Shown: positions 1 through 13,901 of the stretch, piece after piece
Layout: every line of letters begins with the position of its first letter
Numbering within the stretch: position 1 is the first letter of the stretch
Assembly (NCBI GenBank): GCA_000165425.1
Contig: CT867995.1
Coordinates: 147,173-211,172, forward strand
From: Paramecium tetraurelia
Lineage: Eukaryota
Reading direction: 5' to 3'
Length of the DNA stretch: 64,000 nucleotides
Notes under the pieces: generated by a model
The model's database searches: none
What the model was told of the DNA's origin: nothing
The model's input: the letters and a program-made list of their open reading frames with translations, nothing else
Translations under genes and position numbers: made by a program

Positions 1-1168
1 AAGATATGGCAATGTCCTTCCCCACATGAAAGAACAATGTCCAGCATCATAGAACTTAAGTTCCCTTATTGGGAGCATTTACTAATGCTGAGAACAAATG
101 ATTCACATCTTTAGGAGCAGCCAACAAATCATCATATCCTGCAATGTAGAATATTCTAACTTATAAAACTGAAGAATTACTTGACATCAATATTTGATAA
201 ATCATACAAGGGAGCTTTCTTGGAACCGTATTTCTTCAAGTTCTCCTTGTCTCCATAATCGTACCTCTTGAATTCCCCAGTTCTAGTAAATTATTACCAA
301 TGCTTAAGATTCTTTACACTAGTACCAGCAGGAGAATGTCCAGCTAGAACATCATAACGATCGTAGTTATCTAATACTGGATCTGCTGAAACAAATGATC
401 CAATTAAATCTCCACAAAGGTTCTCCATTAGTCCACAAACTACTCTACCTATTTCAGATGTGAGGAAGGAATCTCCAGGCATAAATTCATGTAATCCAAA
501 TGTTGCCAAGACTTCTAAGAAATTGGTGTCCAGTAGACGAACCAAAGGAGAATACTTGGTAGTCACCCAAGCTACCGGTCCCATTCCAATAAATTATATT
601 AGATTGTCTCTGACAATACTTTATTTGAAGAGAGATAAATGAATGTGCATTTAAGCGGTTCCTTAGGAATGTCCAATGTATTGAATTTTTTGACCAGTCT
701 TATTGACTATGTATTTAAATCCTGCAGGAAGATCATAGATAGCGAAATCTTCTAAAGTGAAATCCCAGAATGACCAAAAGAAGGGATTCTTTTTAACGTG
801 AGCTCTGCCGTGTTTGTTTCCTCTGTTGTTTCCTAAGATAAATGATAAATCTAAAAAGTACCAAGCCAAACATCATAACCTTTATTGGCGATCAAAAAGG
901 CAGGTGCTTTGTCTTCATCATTAATAATGAATGTATCACTACTATCCAAGAGTCCGTGTTGGAGAAGAACGACTTTTTTGCCAGATACCATTTTTGTTCC
1001 TTTTGCTTAGACTCTGAAATAGGTAAGAAGATAGCCATCCTCTGTTTAGATAACATGTTCTTCTACAGGGTAATTGAAGTATTTGCAATACTTAACAAAG
1101 TTCAAGTTACCCTCAGGATGGATTGTGCTTAATGCAAGATACGGTAGCAATAATAAAATAATCTTCAT
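1..1168 (-). CDS. Secreted/lysosomal acid lipase family alpha/beta hydrolase (3' end runs off the window)
   Basis: Signal peptide MKIILLLLPYLALS, motif YPVEEHVIQTEDGYLL, nucleophile motif GHS(TAA=Q)G, PAGTSVKNLKHW, C-terminal GHCSFMWG; small introns. Confidence 0.9.
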
Positions 1169-1180
1169 TAATAATATTAT

Positions 1181-2014
1181 TCAATTGCGTTCCCTCACTA
1201 AGTAATCTTTAATAAGTTCATTCATTTTCAAGAAAAGCAAGATCACATCCCAATAGATAATTACACTTCCTGACACTTCATCTGCTTAATTGACATCGTA
1301 TTGATCTCCTGAACTAGAAAATTCAAATGATATTTATACTTAACATTAGTGTAGGTGTCATAAATCAATAGAAATGCCAATAGGAAAGCAAAGAGTGAAA
1401 CACTACTTAACCAAAAGAGGGAAACCTCAGTGAAGATTGTGAAGATTTCAAAAATGAGGAGGATACTAGCTGATATAAATAGTATTGATCCCTAATAGGT
1501 GAGTCTTCTTTTGACTGTCAATGAATACATAAACAAGAAAAACACCATGCCTATATAGTAATTCAGAATTGAATACTTGCAAGACTGCTGAAAACTAAAA
1601 GACCGATAACTGAGTCTCCCAAAGCCACCAATGTACCGCAAACGACTGAAACTGAGAGAGTGAAGGTGACGAACACAACCCAATTCCAGGGGAATACTGC
1701 AACATCCTTTCTGAATATCAATGCCAATGTAGCAGTGCCTATTGAAATGAAGAGACAGAGCCAAAATAGCCATGGCTTACCCTCTAAGTAGGAATCCAGA
1801 GAAGGCGAAGCATATACCCAATATATGAATAATGCTAGCAATTTAATTCAAATAGTGTACATATAACGATCATTTGGATTAAGAGGTATTAGTATAATTT
1901 CCTTGAATACACCACTCTTGAATTGAATTGGTTTTCAAAATTACATACTTCCCCCACCACATTCTATTATATTTGTGATGTCTTCCCAGCATACTCCAAT
2001 TGACTTTGGAACAT
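1181..2014 (-). CDS. TMBIM / Bax inhibitor-1 (LFG-like) multipass membrane protein
   Basis: Several hydrophobic helices, FPWNWVVFVTFT, LLIYDT, C-terminal IIYWDVILLFLKM; ends in TGA; ~25-nt introns. Confidence 0.75.
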
Positions 2015-2042
2015 AATAAATTATATATATTTATGTAATATA

Positions 2043-3436
2043 TCAATTTTTTTTGTAAACAATGTAACTACTCCTAAATATGAACAGTATCTCTTCATCA
2101 TTGATGCGCAGCACTTTATTAGGAGTATCGCAATTGAACACTCTTCTCTTCTTGTTTATCAAATCGTACAGCACAACCTTTTCACCAATCAACACCACTT
2201 AGGGAGTATCATTCAAGAGATCCATAGAAACCATCTTAGCAACATTGAAGTCGATTTCATAAGTAGATTTGATCTATCCGAATTCAACATCCCATATATT
2301 GAGAGTCTAAGATGTTAGTGTGATTAAATAATTGGCATTTTGTGAAGAGCACCAACAAAATTACAAAATTTTCTGATCGTCTGTAATTTCGAACACATAC
2401 TCATCATTTTACAATGTCCATATCTTTATGACATTTAAGGTGCTTGAGAAGGAAGCTAATAAGGTCTTCCTTTTGTTGAATTCGATCAAGGTGGTTTCTA
2501 ATTCGGCTTTTAATTATAATTGTGGTTTGTCAATATCAATCTGCATTAAATTTATGTAATAATTAAGATCCATCACGATGAAGTGATCAAAATGTCTCCA
2601 CTCAAAATGAATCACATTTTCTAAGTACTTCAAAGTTTGGCATTTATATATGTCCACTATCTAAGCATATCTATTTATATACATACTTCGACATCCTTCT
2701 CAAAAATGAGAGCAACCACATTAGGCCAATTGAGGTTCCAATGGAAGTCCAATAATTTGCTTGCATTTTTGATGTTGAACATTTTAATGATTTGAATTGT
2801 AGTGTCTATCACTTTTGCAGCGCCATTTTCATATACTATTAACATATTGTTGCCGCTCGATCTATCAAACTTCATTAATTTGACTCTAGAAAAGCACTCA
2901 CCTACAACTGTTGGCATTATTTGTAGTATTTAATTGTTTTGGATCAATTTAATGCAATTGAGTTGATATATTGCCAAAATGTTTTTTTGTGCATTCCAAT
3001 CACTCAACAAGATCTCGTCCTGTAATTGTATTATGTCCTATTATAATTCAACATTCAAATCCATTGTTTGTCCATTGCGAGACACAAATTCCTGACTCCT
3101 CATCAATGCATTCTGAATCATTATTTCACGATCTCTTCTTTCCTACTTCTCAGCCAATTGCTTTTTCTCTGTAAATTAACAAACATGCTTTTGTATTAGT
3201 AATTGGGGCACTTTGCATTCATAATATTAATTGATCTGAATATGGTCTTGCAATTGCTAAAATAACAAAGCCTTCTCTAATAAATTGATCAGTTGGCCTG
3301 GTTTAACATCATCTCGATAAAGTTGCTAATCTAATTTCACTTCGTTGATCAAAGCAAATGCACTGTGCGAATATCCTTATTCTAAAAAGTAGGTATAAAT
3401 TAGATAATTAAGTTCTTCTGTCTTAATTACAATCAT
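2043..3436 (-). CDS. LisH + WD40-like protein, TBL1/Sif2-like
   Basis: N-terminus EELNYLIYTYFLEQGYSHSAFAL...PGQLINLLEKAL resembles the TBL1 LisH region; beta-propeller-like repeats follow (IKIW, NIWD). Confidence 0.7.
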
Positions 3437-3454
3437 TAATAAATAAAATAAAAT

Positions 3455-5749
3455 TCATTTTTTCTTTGCAATCTCATGTAATATCTCTCTTCTCGTTACT
3501 GGATTCTCTCTATCATAATCAGTATTAAAGTGTTCCTCAGCTTCATAATAAGTTTAGACTTCATCCTTCTATTCGAGTGGAAATAACACACTAGAAATGT
3601 CCTCCATTGGCAGTAAAATGTACACAATTCCAATTATGATTATAATAAAGTCTTACCATTTGACTTCCCCAAACAATATACTCGATACTACAGTATTGCC
3701 AATCCCTGTAAATATTATGATCAACTCCAACATCTCTATCATTTCTATACTCAAATGCTTTGATAATGATTCCTTTGATTGTTCTCCTCCTTAGTACATT
3801 ATACTTATCAACAAAATAGTACAATGTTAAACCCATAATACTGAACAATATGCCTAAAGGTATTATATCTCCATAAAAAAATGTGAACCACATTGTCTTC
3901 ATTATGTCACCATATCTTTTGGCCTAAGAATAATCAGGCATTTCCATAATTTCATTTGCCTCTTGTTGAGTCAACACACAATTCTTTACATTCTTCTATT
4001 ATTTCTACCTTTGATAATCCTTCTAGATACTCCAAGGGTCCACAAACCAAACAATAGGTGGAATAAATGCATTAAGTAAGAACACATTAGATTCATTATA
4101 AATAAAACCACCTTTACCAATTACATTCCCTGTCAAATAGAAATCTATCACCAATGATATTAAAGCAGTATTAATAAACAAAGCAACTGGACTGTTTTCT
4201 AGCAAAACTGATATTGAATTTAGTCTTATTTGATATTTTCTCCAAATCAACTATCTAAATGATACACCTTTCCAATTACAAACTTATTAAAAAATACGAC
4301 AGTCCAAGAAATAGACTAACTTGTTAAAAATGCTATTGTCTAAGTCAATGAGTCCTTAATACCCTTTTTCTCTTATTCTTCCACTTACTCATTCATTCTC
4401 TCTGCCAACTCACTCAAAAACCAAATTAAAAAGAAACAACCAGCCATAAAACTTATAGATATTGACCATGCAATAACACGTGCCTTCACTTTCTATCCGG
4501 TTTAGATATGAATGAATTCCCAATCTACATCATTAGGTTCTGGTGCTTCTTCTACATATAATTTATGTCCCTCAAAAATCAAACCCTTTTCTTTTACATC
4601 CCCTGTCAATCCATTATTAAAAAATGCCTTGATTCTCTCCCATGATGTATGAGGATTATGTTACAATACCAACTACTTCATTTCTTCAGTCAAAAAACTT
4701 ATAAATGCTATTCCTGCAAACTTATCTTTATTAATAAAAAGTTCATGTTCTTTCTAATGAATCTTCTATTCCAAAGACTCTAGCTTCTCATCCAACTACT
4801 TAACTTTGAAATCTGCAAAATTCATCCCATTCTCCAATAAATACTCCTATTTCTCCCTTATCATTTCTTTTAATGATTCCTCCAATTCGATTACTTCGTC
4901 TAAATTATACACCAATACAATCTTAGTCACAGTTAATTCCCTTCCATCAGCAGCATAATTCTAAAATATATTCTTCAACACTTCCTTGTAATCCTGATTT
5001 AAATTTGGAATATTCTTAACGCAAATAGTATAATCTGATGGAGTTAGCTATGATTCATCGACTTCAATATCTATGCTTCTTTGAGCCTTCCTGAAGAACA
5101 GAAATGAAACCATATTGGCAAATACAACAACAAGAGATAAGTTAGATTATAAATTTCTAATATCCTCTCTATCATATACATTTGCCAAACTCACAAAATG
5201 CCACAAAGACCCACCACATATTTAATTATCTGATTTATGCTTATGATGATGTTACTAGTTCAAATGATCATGAATAGAGTGGTGTGCATGCTCCTATACT
5301 TTTACTTTTTCTAAATTATAACAATAATCCCCCATCAAATCTGTAGCCAAACAAAACATCCCTTTCAATAACCAAAATTCTACTAAGATGAATATACAGT
5401 ATTTTATAAACATATAAAACAATGGAAATCCAGATCCCAAGAATTTCATCTCTAATGGATCGCAATCATATTCTAAATCAGTTCTCTCTATAGAATACCC
5501 ACAACAAGGGCATGTTGATTAATACTCAACTTCCAATTCTCTTGCCACCCTTCTTGCTTTAGCGTGATTCTCTGCCAAGACCCAATCACAAGGTATAACC
5601 AAAGGATTATAGTGATGAGATGCATGACTCTTATGATGTACTTTTTGACCACCTTTTTCACTTTTACTTTTTTAGTGTTCTGACATAGCTCTACTTGGCC
5701 TTTGAGATTCTTGTTAGTTAAATGAATTTTGAATAAAACGACTTGCCAT
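3455..5749 (-). CDS. OSCA/TMEM63 (CSC1)-like multipass ion channel
   Basis: Long ORF under table 6 with FAGIAFISF, EEAPEPNDVDWEF and YYFVDKYNVLRR plus several TM segments. Confidence 0.75.
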
Positions 5750-6471
5750 TTCAAAAATTAACTTATTATATAATATAAAATATACTAATCCATTTAATTC
5801 TAATTATTCCAACAATTTTCATTTTATCAAAGTTCTAATGAAATATGCAAATTCTAATCGTAAAAAACACAAGCATATTATAAAATTACAACAGAACAAA
5901 TAAATTTAATTTATTTAATTTTTGAAGTTTTTAATTTCTCATTAATGAATAATTGTTATCAAATTTACAAATAATTTATTATAACCTTATTATAAACATT
6001 CAATATAATAATTTTTACAAAGGATATTTCCTTTGAATACATTTTTATATATAAGATTTTGTTTTTTCTATTTTTTAACATCTCTTAATTGCATTACTTA
6101 GGAGTTATTTCATTTAATATGCAGTCTTTTCATCTTCCAATCCCATTACTGATTTTGAGTTAAAATACAATCAATTTGATTTCAATATTATTAGAGAAAA
6201 ATTTATATTGTTGTTTAACTTTTAGAAATACAATAGCAATTATAAACTATTATTCATATTTTTATGCTTTAAAAATTGCATTAAAGGTTTAAACATTTGT
6301 TAACAACAAACTTCATAAATTTATAAAAAGGAACTGACGTTATGAAGGAAATATACTTAATTTATGGGAACCTCTTATCATTAATTTATTAAGCTTCAAA
6401 TAAGGAAATAATATAAATTATAAAATGTATTTGAAATCAAAAATATCTATAATTTCTATTCATATATTGAA

Positions 6472-8297
6472 TCATTTAATTTTTTGTTGATTTTCCTTTA
6501 TAAGTTCTAGTCCATCCTCTATATAATCATTTAAGTCTTGATCATTTTCAAAAAAATCAAAAATGTCCGATATTGTAAATGAAGAAGGCTCAATAAGCAT
6601 TCCTAATTTATAAAATAAGATATTTACCTACGATATGGTTTGCAACACCTTTATCCTGAACCTTTTTTTAAACTTTATTAAATAATAAGTTCCCCAATAT
6701 CATTCTTTAATCAGAAGTAGTTAGTTTTGAGAAATCGCTCATCTAATTCTTTATTATTTCAATTGTACCATATTTTTTTATTAACGGGAAGAAATTATTT
6801 ATTGGTTCCTAATTAAAAGGATGGTTTTAAATCAAAGGTTTTTAGAGTTACAAAAATGGTGGTTGAGGTAATTAAATCATCATAGGCTTATAAATCAATC
6901 GTTTTCTTTTTTTTTTCATTTATTGATATTCCTATCTCAAATTCTTTCCTAAGAATACACTTATTTTTATTATTCCATTTTTAAAAATATGTTTTACACT
7001 TTAAGAGTATTTTCTATCATATATTTGAGATAACGCCAATTTGGCATCATAAATTGTTTAATACAAAACAATACAGTCTTAAAGTTGTGTATAAGGTTTT
7101 GTACTTTACCTCATCGTAACAGATATAACATTTCCGAATGATGATAAAAATGCTTAAATATCATCTTTATGTAAACTACCATTGATATTTTATATATAGA
7201 GTTATCTTTCATCAATAGTTTACGATTTGTCTTGCTTCAAATTATAAAAGAAGTTATCACTCACTCCACTGAAAATATCAAATTTATGATTGGCAAGATT
7301 TTCATATATAGAGACTATTTCTTATAAGGAGAGTTTCAATTCAGAAAAATTAGCTTATTTAATATCGCTTTGTTGAATAAGTTGAAGTGCATAAAGGATA
7401 TTTGATTGTACACATGGATGAGTTCTTTAAGATTCACAAATTATACACTAAGCTTTTGCCTAGTCAGAGTGTTCAAACTTTATCATCGCCCAAGGTTATC
7501 TTGTGTTCTTATCAAATTTTACAAAACAACTTTAGATTTGAATATTTTGTTATTTTTGAAAGTAATCTTTTATAACCATTTACCAACCATACTCAATTGC
7601 AGCAATAGTTTTATCTTGTTAAATAATATTTTAAGATAGAGGATTTGAAAATCCTCTTAGGAACAATTCATTTGATTACTAAGCTCTCTCTGATTACGAT
7701 TTGAATAATTCAAAGTGTATTTCATTACCTTAATAAATAAAGGGATTTTAATTTATTTATTCTAGGAATAGTTTAGCATCATCCTTCTTTTCAAATTAAA
7801 CATATCCGTAACTAGAGAATACTTAAATTAGTTTTACTTCAACTAATTTCCTTTTGCATCTCTGCGAATTTCAATTGAAAGGATGCTACCATATTTAGAT
7901 AACTCTTATTCTAGATCTTCTATCTTTACTTACTTTGGAAGATTCTTCATGTATATATTAGCATCCTTCTCAGTATCATTAAAGTTTATATACGGTTTGA
8001 CTTTGATAATATTATTGATTAGTTTTTAATTGTCTAAAGTTTGTCTTGCTTTTTCAGCTGATGCTGCATCTGAATATGTGATTGTGGCCTATCCACATGA
8101 AATATTTTTATGTTTATCCTTCATCAATTTTATAATGCTTATGTCCCCGAATCGCTTGAATTGGTGAAATAAAAAGTCCTCTGTAATAGCCTTATTAAAT
8201 TAAAATGATTTACCTTATCCAAATTCTCTATAAAAATGATGTTTTTTTATTATTCAGTCGTTTTATTTTTAGGTAAATCTTGTTGACCGATTTGCAT
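6472..8297 (-). CDS. Divergent poly(A)-binding protein (multiple RRMs + MLLE/PABC)
   Basis: RRM motifs IFIENLD, NIYMKNLP...YGYVQF and LYIQNI; C-terminal QRMILGNLLF...HIVGMLIE; three tiny introns. Confidence 0.7.
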
Positions 8298-8890
8298 ATA
8301 ATTCTTCAAATCTTTTGATATTATATTATTTATTCATAATAAATTATGTAATTTCAGTTGATCGAATATGAAAATAAAATAATGTATTGTGAAAAAGGAG
8401 AATATTATTTATCATAGATTAAATAAATCTTATAATCAATCAAATTCCTTTATAAGATTACTTTCCTCAATTCAAATAAGATAACTATATGATGAAATCA
8501 AAGAAAAATAACTTCATAAGCCAGTTTAGCATTCTTAAACTAGGCAAAATCACTCAGAGAATTAAACAGAGCTTATGTTAAGTATTTTTTTATAACAGAA
8601 CAATCATATGATTATAAAAATTTATGCTTTATACTTAACTGTTATACTCAAAAAGAAAATAAATATTTTATGGATTTATATTAAAGAAATTATCAATGCA
8701 TTGTTTCTGAACTTAAATGAAATACTATAAAAAAGACAAGGGAAGTAAACAAATTGAAACATAAAATTCAAAGAATAAGTTATCAAACCTCTGAATCATA
8801 AATTGAATTATTTGTGCATAAAAGAATTAAGAGATTGAATTATTAAGCAAATAAAAAATTCTTTGAATATATTATTAAATATTATGGGAT

Positions 8891-9296
8891 TCAACCTTTT
8901 TTATCTAAATTTTCAAATTTACACCAGGATGATCCTGTTTCAATCGATTCTAACTAAACGTTCAATAAATTAAATACTTCATCAGATATTTCTTCTTCAG
9001 TATGTCCACTTCTTAATACTGAGGTCCAAAAATTTAACCATTCTTCTTCAGAGATAGTACCACTATTATCTGTGTCAACTGATTTGAATAGCTCCTCAGT
9101 ATTAAGCTTTGCAAAATTGCTCTTCCTGAAGGTATAGTTTAATGATGTTACCAATATTTGATTGTTTCTGTCTTCTCTATCGATTTTGAACCATCAACAT
9201 CAAATTTGGCAAATAGCTTAAGGACTCTCTCTCTCATTTATGGAGATAACTAATATATTAATTGCCTTGTACTTCTTTTCCTTAGGTGTTACCCAT
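8891..9296 (-). CDS. Small two-EF-hand Ca2+-binding protein, possibly N-myristoylated
   Basis: MGNT start; loops DVDGSKSIEKTE and DTDNSGTISEEE; three GT-AG introns of 23-26 nt. Confidence 0.85.
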
Positions 9297-11200
9297 TTTA
9301 TATGTACGATATTTTTATTATTAATAATATTTTAGTCCTAATCAAAACTGGATAAATTTTCCTGATCTCCTATATAATTGAGCAATAATATACATAAAAA
9401 ATAAATAATTGTCAAAGTTATGAATTATGCATCTTTAAGTTAATCTATATATGGGATTAACTAAATAATCATCTATTCCATATGGTATTACTTTTAGTTC
9501 TTCCTCCAATTTGAGTATGTTATATAACTTCTTTTTTGTGAATTTTGTACTTCTTATTTATTAATTTTATAGATTTCATCATATCCATAGATGAAATGTC
9601 AATAAAGATTAGATTTCATCTATCACACTTTTTTATCTATTCCTTTTAATCATCTGAATTAATTGATATAAATTAGGAAATCAATCATATTTGATATAAA
9701 GAGCTGTTTTCAAGAGTTTAAATATTATTTAATTTTTCAATTTTACAACTCTTATAATTATTATCAATTCATATAACTACAATTTTAATTAAAGTTAAGA
9801 GGAATTCTTTTAAGATTTAAAAGTGTCCCTTAATTGGTTGAATATCGTTTTAATCACTTTAGGTATATTAGGGACATTATTTTAGAATCTTTTATTTATT
9901 TTTTATTTAAGGATAATGTAATATCTGTCAAATGTATCTGAAAATACTTCGTAGTACACTTAGGAAATTTAAATGATGTTGAAAATACGAAAGCATTCTT
10001 AAAAAGGATGAGTGGAACAATAAAAAATTATTATCGACATTTTATGACGTTGGAGCTATATTTTAAATTGATTTCGACAGATTATATTATTTTGAATGAT
10101 TATTAATCTTCAACTAATAAATATAGAGATTGAAATTAAAAGATTAGTCGATCACCAAAAAGTAATTGAGCTTCATCAGCCTTTTCTTAATTGATCATTA
10201 CTATACATAATTAGTATCATTATAATTTTAATTCCATTTACAATCTAAAATACTTATATCACCAGTTTGAATGTATGGACATACAATTATTGATAAAAAT
10301 TGCAATTGAAATCTTAACATCTATGTTTAGATTGAAAAAATAAGTACATTCAGAAGGGAATTAGAAAAAACCTATAATAACTTACTTTAAGATAAATATA
10401 GTTTCTTCTAATTCCAATAAATAAGATGAATGAAAGATCCTACATAATTATCATTACACTTAGTAGGATAATCATCAGTAGTAAATGAAAATCAGATTAG
10501 AAATACGATTTATGTAGCAATCTTAAAATAGAAGGTCTATAAATTTATAATAAATTTAATAATAATTTGAGATATTTCAACATTTTGACATCCTACTCTA
10601 TAAAATGATCAAATTTAATATCTATTTAGGTATCAAATATATTTATTTAACTTAAATAATTAATTTAAAAACCATATAAATTTTTATTAAGATTTTAAGA
10701 TACTTATGTTTATATTTATTGATTCTTTATATCAATTGGTTAAATTTGGTCATGTCAGAAGAATTAAATAAAAATTGAGTAGAGTAAAAGAATTTCGATG
10801 ACTAAAATATGATTATTTTTGAGGTACTTATTGTGAATATACTATTAGGATAAGAATATCGATGTGATTCAATTTAAATAACTTACGTATTTCAAAGCAG
10901 GATGTATTACATTTTATCATACTACCATTATATTTTAATTAATTCATCAATTTACTGAATTCAGTTATTTTATGGGAATCGAGAATTTTGGATTACTAAA
11001 AGACTAGATTAATAGAACTTGATTTATATTTGGAAAGTAGTATTGCATCTCTAAAACATTTACTTCAATATTTGAGTAAGATAATTGTTATCATATCGGT
11101 TATTTTGGTGCTATATAAGATTAATTCAGATTGATGGAATTGTATAATCTCTAAGAGTTCTTATTAGAATAATATAAATAAAAAATAAAATCTAACGTAT

Positions 11201-12657
11201 ATGAGTTAGACAGAACAATACGTATTGAATTATGATAGCTAATATCTGGATGTGTTTGGTTGCATGCATAACACAAAGATCGCATATTCTGGGAAGTTGA
11301 TTTGTTAACAATGTGGCATATTTATTAGCAATGTAAATTATTCGATTAAAGAATCAAGTCATAGACAAGAGTGTACAAGACTATCAAAATGAGATACAAT
11401 GCATTTTTCAATCCGATGAACATATTGAATAATGCTTTGGCTCCTCAGATAATTTAAAAGCATCAAATAAATCGTTCACCAGTTATTGATTTCATTGAAT
11501 AAGCATCAGAGAGATTGAATCTGAGTGCTACTACATAATTTTTGGCCATAGCATACTTAGATCACTATTTCAATAAGCAGGGAGTAAATGAAGAACAAAT
11601 ATATTTATATGCTGCAACTGCTTTGATGTTAGCAGCCAAAGCCTAGGAACTAGATGAGAAGATTCCTTTCATAAGTAAATTGAAGAGATACTCATCAATG
11701 ACATCCCATCCAGAAATAAACAACTATACAACTCAAGATTTCAGAAATGCAGAAAAGAGTATTATACAATCACTTGATTGGAAATTGCAAAGAATCACAT
11801 TGTTAGATCGCATAGAGACCTTGCTCTCTTTTGGAGTAATTGATGATGATGACAGTCTTGCATAACAGTAGTCATCCCAATAGAAGGAGAATAAAGAATA
11901 GTAACAAGTCCATGTAAAGTTAAAAGATCTAAATGAGACTTAGATTTGTAATTATGTAAGGGAAGTAGAAAATAAATATGTAGAGATTGCTTTCACTGTT
12001 CTTAGGGGTATGTTTAAAATGTTCTATTTAGATGATTCAATTTATTTCTCAAATGACTAATCTATTTTGGCCTTATCCTGCGTGGCTTATTTAAGAAAGA
12101 AGGCTGGATTATTGAATATCTGGTCTTAATAGCTATATGCTTTAACTGGAGAATCAACCTAGAAAATATCGTCAACTGTTTCATAAATACTGACTCTTAC
12201 TCCCAAGAGCAAGGTTTCCAATTTATCTAAACCTTTGGTCGCCACTTAGTCGAGTTCGTATTTATAAAACTTCTAGAATCCTTCTTCTTAAACGAAGAGC
12301 TCGTAAGCCAATAATAGGCAATATCTTCTAGAGACCAACAAGTAATCAACTGGAGACATTTTCCAATAATACAATACAACTAAAGCTTCAGTGAAGGTTC
12401 CTCTATTTTAATCTCAATCGACTATGTAATTGTCCAAGAATGATATCGTGAAACCACATCAATTAAATTAAAGCAAATACACAAGTAGGAATACAAATTT
12501 TCCCACAAATACTACTACTACTACCAATTATACTTATTTAAATGATCAAATTTTCCATCCGAATTCCTACATTAAACATGTAGAAATGGATAAAAAGTAT
12601 GAATAGGTTCATAAAGTGAGTGAAACGAAATTTAGAACCAAATTGTTCAATCAATGA
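11201..12657 (+). CDS. Cyclin family protein
   Basis: Cyclin box RSPVIDFIEQASERLNLSATTQFLAIAYLDHYF...LMLAAKAQE...AEKSIIQSLDWKL; low-complexity C-terminal tail. Confidence 0.85.
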
Positions 12658-12717
12658 AATCTAATACATTTATTAAAATACTATTTGGTTAATTAAATAA
12701 TAACTTTATTTTTCATT

Positions 12718-13875
12718 TCATATGTTAAACATAGATCTAATAGCCTCATCAATAAATTTATATAGATATATGTATTGCTCTGAAGTATGGACCATTCCCC
12801 ATCTTTGTTCTCTCAATCGGCGAACAATTCCAAAGATAGAGATTCTGTAAAGTTCAGAATTCTCTTCAAGTTCTAGTCCATATTAACCAAATAAATACTT
12901 GACTTGTCCTCTCCGATATGCGATTTGTAGGCTCTTAATAGGATCATCAAATTAGCCAAAGCTATTAATGTACCTGTACGACCTACTCCAGCACTATAAA
13001 ATCAAAGATAGAATAACCTGCAATGGAAAACTACTTTTTAATCTGATAGCAGTTTCTCATTAATCATATTCAAGAGTTCTCTCATGACTTCAAAATCACT
13101 TGGAGAAGGGACTCCTTGATCTGGCCACCCACACCATTAAATTTGGATAACTGTCTTCTCTTCCAATTCTTGGGTGACTTTAACAACTCTCTTGATGATG
13201 TTGTTTCCCAAATCATCCTAACTAAGTAAGTTAACTTGAACGTTTCCGCATTGCATGGACTCTCCAACATTCTTTGGCCAATATTACTCGCATTAAGCCT
13301 AAATGATAATAAGGGAAATTACTCTTTGGTTCTCCCTTAGATTACAGAGCATCATAATCATGGTCATGTCTTCTTAAATCACCATTCTCCAGAAATGTGA
13401 AAAGGTTTGAGTCAAGGGACCCTGGGTGGCGATAATCATTTTCTCTTTACCATTAATAAGCTAATCGACATATGAATATGAGTGGATACATTGATAAAAT
13501 TGGCATTTATATAGGTGTCCTTGAGATTCTCTTCGTCTTCTGCCTCTTATTTGAGTTTGACAATAGAATGTTTGACTATTGATTAAATTTTATTTACATG
13601 GTATGATATTGTTATACCTATTCAATTTCTAGATGTCGGGATTAAAATCATGCAAGTTTTCATTGTGATATTAGGTTTCTGTCAATCTGCGTAACAACTT
13701 CTTAGAAACTTAAACATACTCTGAATTCCATTTCTAAATCTCTTTTTTGTATTTCAGAATTGAAATGTACTATTGGTATTCCCTTCTCAATTGCCACCAA
13801 ATCTGGATTGCCCTTTAACCATTCATAAGAATAATCATTGTTGGTTTCTTTGCCCTCAACTAAGTAACCTTGCAT
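12718..13875 (-). CDS. Classical protein tyrosine phosphatase
   Basis: NRYNNIIPF, YINANF, IIATQGP, WPDQGVP, VFHCSAGVGRTG (split by an intron), QRWGMVHTSEQY. Confidence 0.92.
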
Positions 13876-13901
13876 TATTTTTATTTATTAAATTTCTTCC
13901 A

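Noticed and set aside
9824..9876. Short inverted repeat tgtccct...agggaca
   Set aside because: Seven-base arms can arise by chance; no target-site duplication or transposase nearby.
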